64,000 nt of DNA. Origin: Yuukianura sp. NJ FZ-2021. Lineage: Eukaryota. The stretch's first letter is position 1. The number at the start of each line of letters is the position of its first letter. The notes beneath the pieces are model-generated. The model saw only the letters and a list, made by a program, of their open reading frames with translations. It made no database searches and was not told the DNA's origin. The translations under genes were made by a program, and so were the position numbers. Where the stretch lies: positions 9,982,001 to 10,046,000 of the forward strand of contig CM102289.1 in the NCBI GenBank assembly GCA_046563655.1, read 5' to 3'. Positions 14,111 through 24,540 of this stretch are shown here, in pieces.

Positions 14111-17100
14111 GACAACGGAAACTGCGGAAGTAGCCTCGACAGGAGTTGTGTTGACACTGAATTGTCCAACGGGTTTTAGGTTAAAATTAGTCTGTTGGAG
14201 GGTTTGTGCGACCTACCGTAACAATTTAGAGGGTGGACATGAATTGAAGTGGTGGAAATGCCTTGGAGCGGAAGCTATTCTTAGCTTTTACTGTTAAGAT
14301 TCTCTCAATAATGAAAACTAATCTTGGCACAAACATCTTCCCAATCTTCCTCCAATCGTAACAAAACAAATCTTCCAATTCTTATTTTTCTCAAATATAA
14401 ATAGAATTTTACAGTATTTTGACGAACCCTACGCACTCCTCAAGGTTTTTCTAAGTTTTCAAGGTTTTCCTAAATTTTCAAGATTTTTTAAATTTTGAAG
14501 GTTTCCGATTAAATTTCCAAATAAAACACGAAAGAGTGGATTGTAGAGTAAAATGATGATGAAATCTAAAATTTGTGAAGTGAAATGCAATGACTAGAGT
14601 GTGTCTAATCGAATGAAGGGCGGATGGCCGGGGGTCATGAGGGGGGCATTCAACTGAGAAATAAAATTGACCATAACTCAAGGTCACCCCGGAAGTGAGC
14701 AGTATCTTCCACACATTAGAGCATGGACTGGACAACTTCCACTAAACACGAAATGCGCTGATCCAAGAGACAAATTGGACACGGCCACAACATAAATAAG
14801 AGGGAACCATCAACTGTCAATTTCAAAAGCAGTTTCTCAATTCCACTTTTTTGGAAATTATGAAAAGTCAAGAGTGGAATGGGGCAGAAGTCGGGAGAAA
14901 GTTTAGAATTGCCACTTTTGTAATATTTCCAAATGGAATTTGCGTGTAAGCGGAAGGGGGAGAGCGGGAGAAAGGTAATTAGAGTGAGGCGAACCGCAGT
15001 GTAATAAAATGAATCTAAATTTATGAATCCTCATAATTGTCTCCTCAAGTGTGGATTAATAACGGAAATGGTCACTCTCCAACCAAAAGTCCCGCTTTCT
15101 CCTCAAAACCATCCTCATAACTCATCCTTAATTTGACAATAATTGACCATTTCAGTCGCTTTCTCTTCACATGTGTGATTTCTCCACTCTTCACAATGCT
15201 TTCTCTAGTCCAAATTTCAATAATGGCATTCTTACTCTCATTTTGCCCAAAGTTCAACTCAAACAACTTCACTCACAGGTCTTTGCTTTCCCAAATCAAA
15301 CCAATCGCTCCCTTCATTTCTCCAACATTTACTCCATTTCACATTTTCTCATTTTTCCATGTAAGAAATTTTTGGAACAAAAAACTTTCACTTTTCCGCT
15401 GCCGGTGAAAGTTAAGTTTGAGATTATTCATAACTTTTTTTTCCAAAAATTGAAAAACCTCGTTTTTTTTATGTTTTGTTCATGATTCATTTGGCATGAG
15501 AAATCGGGAGTTGAATGATTTTGGGCCTAAAAATAGTCCAGTCTTTTGATCTGTCTTGAGGAAATTGGTGTCTGTCAACAGTTTTAGAAGAGAAATGGAT
15601 TGATCCGTGTGCCTAATGCTATGATTATGCCAAATACATTACAGCACAAAACGATCTCTTCCTTCCACCACATTCCACAAACATTCTTTTTAAAAAGTCA
15701 CAAGATAAAGCAGCGGACTTTTGAACAATTTGAGCCAAGTACCAAACTGATGCTCTCCGTCAACCCATTTTTCCAAAGGAGGGAGGAAATGGTTCAATTT
15801 CTCATGTGCTTGCAAGCATCAGCAAATATTCCTCCTCTCAAATTGACCTTCATGGAGGGGGATTTAGAACTCAATGAGGAGGAGGAGGGAGGATTTTTAA
15901 AATTTAACAGAGGCAAACTGGAAATTTAAAAATTGAAAGAGGAAATCATGCCTTTTGGGAGGAAATGTGGATTTCCTGGGTCCTTATTTATTTAGGTCTC
16001 TTAAATTTAATGTTTACTTTTTTAGAGTGAAATCCTCATTATGAAATCCTTAATCCTGCACAATTTCTAAAAAACCGCAGAGGTTGAGTAGGGGTGTGAA
16101 GATGGAATTGTGGCAGATGTGTAGTGGTTGCAAATAGAATTGCTCTTTTTTAATCATTCTCAACCTGTCTGTCAGTCTAAATGGAATTTGGGACCCTTAA
16201 AGTCCCCCTGCCCCTTGGATTTGTTGCAGATCCACTTGGTTCCATTGATGTTGGGTTCAAACTTATTTATTAATACAAATCTTTCAGCAAGTGCACAGAA
16301 AATATAAAAATTGACATTGTTCAAGATGAAATGAGTGGAAAGATAGAATAAAAAATAGTTGGATAAAGTCATCTGAATAGGCACTGGAGCGTAGAAGGAA
16401 GGACAAATCAAAGTCAACGTTTCCTGCTCTTTTTTATTTCGGTTTTTATGAAATCTGAAAAGCTGTTTTCCGGATTTTCAACTTGGATTCACAATAATGG
16501 ATTTCGAAGGGTGACATTTCAACTTCTAAATATTTAAACAGGAATCCAGAACTTGAGTAGGGTGACACTTAATTTCAACCAGCAGCACCAACCCATCTTT
16601 TCCAAAATCAAATTCTTGTTAGAATTTAGAAAACTTTTTTTGTTTAAAATATTTTAGTGACACGAAACCTCTTGACGAAAGAGGCTTTGAAAAAGTAAAA
16701 GTCTTGGGTGCTCCAATTTCTGAAGAATTTGAAACCTTGAAAGTAATCAATCTTCCAGTCTGCGCATGTCTCTTCTAGAATATAATTGCAAATCTTTCAA
16801 TCACTGCTTAAAAGTGTAAGTATGTAAGACAAGAAGCACTTTAAAAAAAGAGGTCAAAGGGTACTTGTAATTTATCATCTCAAACACTGGCACTTCCGTG
16901 AAGTTAAAAATGAAAAAACGCATTTTTTTATGTTTTAAAAAACGGAAGGGTGAAAACTTTTTATTGCTATTTTGGAGACAATTTTCCGGTTGAGGAATTG
17001 AAAAATATAAAATGTGGAAATATATTTTTTGGTGCCTGATGAGATTAGAAATGTGAGACTTTCATTGTTGGTTTGTGGGATTGTTGTGCGTGTGGTTTTT

Positions 17101-20100
17101 TGAATTGAATTGCAGAGTTCCTTACCACTTCAAATGATAATGTATGAGTCTACCCCATTCCTCTCTCAAATGAAATTGGAAGTGATTCGGTGTAATTTGA
17201 GGGGCCATCCCACATATGTGAACAATACAAAGTAAAAAGAGGTCTAAAGTGTAATAAATGTACCACTTTTTCATCCTTACTTTCTACCAAAAAGAAATTG
17301 CAGAGTCTGGAAATAGAAAGCATAATGCGATCCAAAGCCTCATGATTTACTTGACGCTTCCTATCCCTTGAACACACTTTTTTAAATTTGACAAATACAA
17401 AATCCATTCATTTTAAATTTTATTTTATTAAAAACTTGCACAGAGGGTGAAACATTTAATTTATTTCCTCTTTTCATTTCCCTTTGTGAAAGGGCGGGAT
17501 TCCCTAATTTTATTTTGGACCCCAGTGTAAATACTCAAATAAAAAACGTTTATTTGAAAATTTTGAAACTCAAGGAACTCAACCATTGAATTCAAGGTAA
17601 CTAAAATTCAAATTTTGAATCAAAAGTTTGACTAAAATTTTTTCTCTCTACTGACTTTGAATAGATTCGTTAGATTTTAGTTTTTTCTTCATTTTAGAAA
17701 AGAGTATTGGATTCCTGTTTTTGAGGTTGAAATTATTGTGAAAGAAATGCTGTAAGTTGTCGGTACTAAAACGCTTCCTCTGCGTCGTCTTACATCTCAA
17801 TCCGTACTTTTTACGATGCGAGGTTAGGATTTGTCTCACCGAATTCGGAGTAAAAGACGGGTAGTGAAAATGGCGGGTGATTTGAGCGGATGATGAGGCG
17901 GCTTTGTGCCTTCCGCACACAACGTTTCTGCACTGGAAGATTGTGACTTTGATACGCAGAAGAAAGACTTTTCTTCTTTGGGATTACTTTTGTACACATT
18001 TGGGAGAGGAGAAGGTATCGCTTATTACCCGCCACCCCAGCCGCTTTTGTTCACAAACTTTACGACTTTGAATCCAGAATGTCATAAAAGAGGAACCTCT
18101 GAGGCACTTTTCCCCAAGGAACACACTTTCTCCCTGGCTTTCCCTCATTTAACTCCAAAGTGAATCACCAACTACAGGAAATGATAAATTACAAAACTCA
18201 TCTTCAATATTTTACTTCAATTCGGTAGAAAATTAAACATTTTTGGTATTTTCTTCTTTGGAGTCTTAAGAGTCAAACCGGAAATTGAAAAGTGGAGAAA
18301 TTTAAAGGTTTAAGAAATGGAGAAATCTAAGTTCCAAGAAATTTCAGAGAAATCTAAGTTAGGAAAGTCTTCGTTTTTTTTTGAAATTGGAGAAGTTGTG
18401 GGGGTTAGTAGTTGGGAGTTGACTTTTTGTTAGTTGATCTGTGTATTAGAGAGACTTCATTAATTTGAAGTTGGTCCACCCCTTCTCACCCTCAAGAATG
18501 TGATTAATTGTTGGTAACTTTGTCCATGTCAAAAGTAGTTCCAGTGGGAACATCCAAACTCAATCTTCCTGATTATCATATCACTCATAAATCTTGTTCT
18601 CTTTATTCCACTCTTCACATAAATCTCACTCTTCTCTGCTCTACGGGAGAAAGTGGGAGTGGAGAAAGTTGACACCACCAAAACAGAAAGCAGCCACTCG
18701 ACCAAAACATTACAAATGTCAAGTGTAGTACAGGAAATGGAAAATTTTGAATAAAGTTGCATTCAAGCCTGAAATGTCTTATGACTAGAACTCGCTCTTC
18801 CAATTCCACTTTTAAAATATATTTCAAAACTACGAATTCCAGAATGTTGTGGAGAAAGTTTCCTGTTGCTTTCTCTTTTGAAAACTTGGAGGTTTTCACT
18901 GTCTGTTGGAGATTGGATTTATTTCCTCCCTTACCTCCACTTTTTCATTAGTAATCATCATCATCTGAATTCAAAAGTCGGGAGATTCAACTCCTTTCGG
19001 TTTAGATCAGAGCATGGAGGGATGTAGATTGTGCTGAGGAATTTGGGTGGAAAGTTGAGTGGAGCATAATGAAATCATCCAAGTGAATTGTCTTCTTCTT
19101 CAAAGCAGAATCCACTTTTCAGTCCACTGAGATTCATATTCATCACACAAGATTAATGACTGGCATGACAGCACTCCCACCAACTCACTTTTCAAATTAT
19201 TACAAAGTTTTAAACATTGTTATCACAGGTCAACTCCATTCTCCAAATCCAATCCCATGAAATTGGATTTCCAAAACGTAAATAAGCTTTTCTCCCTCTC
19301 AAATGTTTTCTCTTTCTCTCTCTCGGAAACCAAAATTGTTATTACAGGTTAACTTTTGGTTAATTTAAAACACAAAGTGAAAGTGATTAAACTATGGAAA
19401 TGTGGAATAACATCAAAATGAAATTGAAATGTAGAGAAATGAAAGGTAAATTTCATTTGTAGCAAAAGTGAAAGGACTGTGGGATAAATTTTGAGGAAGG
19501 GAGTGAATTATCCTAATTTATCCAAATTTAGCCCCTTCGTATCTCAGTATCTCTCCGTTGTAAATTGAATCATAAAAGGAAGAATAGTAAAAGGAGAAAG
19601 CAATTCAGTGGAATTGTCATCTTCCTTCCTCTCCTCATTCTTACTAAAAGACGCTAACAAATGGCTGTCATTTTGTCATCCCCCGCCGATCCCACCGCCA
19701 AACCACCCGCTTCAAATTGAACATTTTCATTTGGACCAGCCGAAACGCACCATTATGCAAATCATATCAAATGAACACGATTTGCAATACAACTTTAAAA
19801 ATAGACACAACTCCACTGTCAAAATGCAACAAAAACGACTGTCTCCTACATACTCTCCTCCATTGAACAAAATTTTAACATGGTGCACCAACTCAAAAGC
19901 ATATGTTGACCTTTGACCTGCGTTGTTAAATTGTAAAAAATTGTAGAATTGTAGCTAAAAAGCACAGTGCTTCCAGATGATTGTCAGCGTTACAGCCGTT
20001 TTCTTCATTCGAATCCAATTCCAAAGGTAAAACTTATTTTTTATCAGATATTTTTTGGTTGCAGGACTTCGAAGCCATTAATGTCACTTGGAAAAAAAAG

Positions 20101-21247
20101 TAATAAAATTTAGGACTGTTGCTCGTCTTTTTTTTTGTGGCTTTGTTCCGTATGGGAAATGGTTGTGATTGAAGATTCTGGATTTATATTCTAGACCTTT
20201 TCTTCAAAACCTGTTTTAAATTGTTAAAAAAAGCAAATAAGATTTTACGACATGTGGAACACTACTTGATTTTAAGAGACCACCATTAAAAAGTTGTCGT
20301 GCGAGAACTAAAAGCGCAAAAATATTTGGCAAAAATTTTAGTTTCCAATCAACGCAATTGTTGCAACATCGTGAGAAAAGGGGTATTAAACGCAGAGGAC
20401 AACACAGAATTCATTTTTTTTAAAATTTAGTTTTAAAAAAAGTTGCTTCTGGTCTATGTGACAGGAAACAAATGTTGACTACTTTTAAAATTTAAAGGAA
20501 GTTAAGTGTTGAAGTTTGAAAATATCAAAAGAAAAAGTCGTAAAAGTAACTTTCTCTTAACTGTTCTTTTAAAACGCCGTTTATGATTTCATTTTGGAGA
20601 AATGTTCAAGTTTACTGCTAATTATATTGGAAGATTAAGAAAAGTCAGATAAGGAGCAGTGGAAATGGACGTATTTTTCAAATGTCTTTCCAAATGGATT
20701 CCAAAATTGAAATTTTTTAAGTGTCCATATTATAGTTGGAAGCTATCAGATGGAGATTATGCAACTTTCACTTTTATTCCCACTCCACCCGCTCTCTCTC
20801 CATGAAAAAAGACGCTTTTTGAAAAAATAGGAATTTTGAAAAGAGTTTTGAGCTGTTTGTGACTTCCGGAAGGGTAATAAGTTTGGATCTAATTCCGCCA
20901 CACTTTGTTCACGCCCCGACCAAAAGTTGAAGTGTCGTAAATTTTTTCAATTAGGAAGCGTCCTTAACATTTGTTTTCGACACTTTGTAGGAGTACTTAA
21001 GTGACATGGTGGAAACATGCGTTTTAGTCTTGGTGGGACAAGCATTTTGGACATTGGTGGGGCACATAAATCACCCCCAACCCCTTGGAATTCCTCTTTC
21101 CTGGAAAAATGCTCTTGTCCTAACATTTTCTCTCAGAAATCTGTTTGTGACGCTTCGTTTCACCGCTTAAAAGCGGAAACTTGACGACGGAAGCACCACA
21201 ATTCCGTGGCTAACTTTTGGATTTATGTTAAAGTCTTGTGCAGATCT

Positions 21248-21253
21248 TTTATT
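21248..21253 (-). terminator. Putative polyadenylation signal of the Gly-rich peptide gene
   Basis: Minus-strand AATAAA about 155 nt after the stop codon. Confidence 0.45.
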
Positions 21254-21407
21254 TAGCAAAAAATAGTAAATTCTTTTGTGTTTCTGGCCAATAGGACTTT
21301 GATTAGTATTGGGAATAGGAAGCTCTGGATTAAATTTGAACTGGAGTGAGCAGTCGTGATGACTTGGTTCAAGCGATGTCGTGACCCCGGTGACCTTGAA
21401 GGTCATT

Positions 21408-21707
21408 CTAACCGCGCCACCCCCAGCCGTGTCGGATGATCACTCGTGGAGCCCAGCCCCACCCTCGTCCGTAGCCATAACCGAAGCCACGTCCATAGCC
21501 ACCTCCGTAGCCACCATAGCCACCGTACAGGTATCCGGCGGAAGCAACCGCAATCAAAGCAAACAGAAGGACCAGAAGCTGAAATAAACAATTTGTTTAG
21601 TATAAAAAATCATAAAATTTAGTATAAAAAATCATAAAATTTAGAATAAAAAATGAGAAAATTTAAAGAAAAAACAGAAATTTGGGACTGACCAATGCCT
21701 TGTTCAT
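21408..21707 (-). CDS. Small secreted Gly/Tyr/Trp/Arg-rich peptide precursor (61 aa); antimicrobial-peptide-like or cuticular
   Basis: Exons (minus) 21707-21693 (MNKAL) and 21578-21408; intron GTCAGT...TTATTTCAG. Product: MNKALLLVLLFALIAVASA-GYLYGGYGGYGGGYGRGFGYGYGRGWGWAPRVIIRHGWGWRG*. TATA box upstream and AATAAA downstream on the same strand. Confidence 0.88.
21597..21665. repeat. Intronic ~22-bp tandem repeat (TTAGTATAAAAAATCATAAAAT x ~3)
   Basis: Two near-identical copies and one diverged copy lie within the intron of the Gly-rich peptide gene. Confidence 0.75.
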
Positions 21708-21758
21708 GTTGAAGATTGTAAGTTGAGCTGATTTGTTTTGAGTGGAATGTGGAATGTG

Positions 21759-21795
21759 ACTGATGCTGAGAGTGATCTTTGTGCCAATATTTATA
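21759..21795 (-). promoter_or_regulatory. Core promoter (TATA box + initiator) of the Gly-rich peptide gene
   Basis: Minus-strand TATAAA at 21795-21790, followed about 28-34 nt later by TCAGC/TCAGT initiator-like motifs (21769-21759); ATG at 21707. Confidence 0.65.
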
Positions 21796-24540
21796 TGTGC
21801 AAAATGTTGGCTACTGGATCAAAGTGTTTGGTTGGAGGGAGGACATTTGTAAAAAGTGAAAAGTTGGGTTGAATTTGAATGTTATTGCTTATTATTGTTT
21901 GATCTCAAGTTATACATGCAATTATTCCATGTCTAACACCTTTGCGTAATCAATTGTAATGTCTCAGTTGCACCCAGAGGAAGGGGGTGTGTCAGAGTGA
22001 CCACAATTTGGCATGACCCAAACACTAATGTCCATGTCCCGTGTCCATTTGAGGTCATGTCACTTGTGTCGTCACCAAGTGACCACAGTTGTATTTAGTT
22101 CTAGTTTTTAGTGTTAGTTTCCGTCTCAAAGAGCGGAGATCCATTTGAGGGGTTGGTTGGAGAGTAATTGGCACTTTGACTCACAGTTTCCTCCAACACG
22201 AAGGAAAAGAGGAACTCATTTTCCACTTGCAAAACACAAGCCACTTTAATTTGTATTCGCATTACGATTTCAATGTTTGTGCAAAAACATCAACAAATTT
22301 ACAAAATGATATAGAGTTTTTAATATTTTCACAATTTGTGGTTTTCACAATTTGCAACATTAGCGATTTCCTTGATGATAAATTAAGTGTAAAAAGGTGT
22401 CATTTTATGAAATATTCCAAACAGTCTTTTTTTCCAAACATTTTTTTAAAGTGGAAATCTTTATGATTTTGGCACCTTCCAGCGTCCTTGACACCTTTTG
22501 GAAGTGTACCTACATGGAATCGTCATTTGAGTAATCTACTAAATGTACGTGTCTACTCTAAGACATGTCACACCTCCAACTGGTTTGGACAGAGTGACAC
22601 TGGGAGCAAGGTGACCATTAAGTTGTACTACAACTAATCAAAATAAAATCAAAGTCAATACAATCCAATAATTTCCACAAGTATTTTGAAACATGACCTT
22701 CATTTTCCTACCTGAATGTCGCATGATCCCTGCAATTTACTCAAAGATTGTCAATTATAAGTCACTTAAGTATTTGTGTTGATCTCTTGGCCAAATGCTA
22801 AATATGCAAATGATGATCTGCATTTGTGGGTTCCACTTGTGCTATAATTTATAGCTCAAATGCAAAGTGTGGGTAATTAACACCTCTCAAGTGGATCGAG
22901 GAAGGCAGGAGATTTTACTCTCTGGCTGAAACTGACACCTCTTCATTACTTATGCGGGGAAAGTCTTTAAAATTTCGGTTTTCTACAACCAGAAAACTTC
23001 GGAATTTCAAACAACGACTTCCAGACTGTGGAAATTTAAGGAAATGTGTTTTTGAGAGACTTGGTTTTTGAAAAGGAGAAACGTAGAGGAAGAGATGTTT
23101 TCTGGTTTGGGTTTTGATGTTAATGATTGGAGGAAGGAAGAGAGTGAAAGTGTTTGTGTGGAGAAAATAAAGATAAAAGCTTATGACACATGACTCATCC
23201 TCAGATTATCATAAAGTGAAGAAAGAGTAAATATAAAAAAGAGTAGTTTAGCCACATAAATAAGGTGGGTTCCTTCTGTCCTGACTTCAATGACCCACCA
23301 AAACCCACCACATATTCACAGGAAACATCATTCCCAAAACACAGAGGAGAAAGCCACAAGGAGAAAGTAACTCCGAATTCATGGACCAGACACGCTTCCT
23401 TTTTATTCCCACATATTTGGAAGTGCATTTGGAAAGCATGGGATTTTATGGAGAGAAGGAAAGTTCAAGGCCTTTATCATGATAATTCTGTTCCTCAAAT
23501 GAGATCTGTCACTTGGCAGATCCACTGAAAAAGTGAACTTGAACTCCTGACTTTCCGCTGAAAAGTGATCTGTTCACTTGGACTTTTGAAGTCAAAGTGG
23601 GCGTCTTTCTTTTCTGTAAATGAAGTCAAAGGAAGGACATTCTCCGTTTAAACATGGACTTCATTGCTGCAATTTCGGAAGAGAAGTTGAAAAATGGAAT
23701 GGTGTGATTTAGGAATTTGGAGGGAAAGATGGTTTGGTGGACTTTTGTGTTATCTGTTCCTGTTTGTAAGTGATGATGTCATTGGATAGGAACATTAGAA
23801 GTCTCATTTACCTCATGCTCCATCTTCAATAGCCTCATGTTCAAACAGAATCATGGGAAATGACCAACTTGGCATTTGGGATAATGTTTTGACCTTAAAA
23901 AATGGGCTTGGAGAAAGTTCCGTTGAAATCTGTTCTCTTTGTCACTCTAATGTGTCACTTTTAAGGCCACTTTCTTTTTAAAACGCTCCCTTCAAACACA
24001 ACTCAAGTACAAATTGAGTCCAATTGTCATTTACTTTGGAACTGAGCTGGAAAATGGTAGAGCTTTGATGACAGACAAAAACATTAGAAGTGGAGAGAAT
24101 GGACAACATTAGGAATTTCAAAAGACTGCGAAACAACTTTCACCATTACACAACTTTTAATTGACAACTTTATATAAAAAAAAAAGACTTTGTTAACATT
24201 TAATTTTGAGTTATTGGATTATGAAAGTATGTCAAAAGATGGTTATGACAAATTAGGATGATTTTGCAAGTGACCTGTCGACTCAAAACACGATCCTAAA
24301 ATGAGGCCAAACAGGATTTTGTTTGCAGAAGAAAAAAAGAAACCAGTTTATGAATTTCAGCAACACTTTTTCTTCTTTGCTTAATCTTTTCATCCATGAC
24401 TCAGATGCAGTTTAAAGAGCGAACTTTTAACTTTGCGGAATCTGCAGTCCGTGCCCCAAGATTTCAAAATTCAGTTTGTAAGTATTTAATTGTTGGATTA
24501 TTTTTTTAGTGAAACCTTGTGATTGTTTGTTTACAAAGTG

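Noticed and set aside
12784..14297. Plus-strand ORFs of 108-129 aa overlapping the acyltransferase
   Set aside because: They are antisense shadows of the WS/DGAT exons with no independent motifs.
14441..14520. Degenerate ~19-bp tandem repeat (similar small duplications at 8611-8645, 18293-18360, 34405-34460)
   Set aside because: Ordinary slippage-type micro-duplications with no evidence of function.
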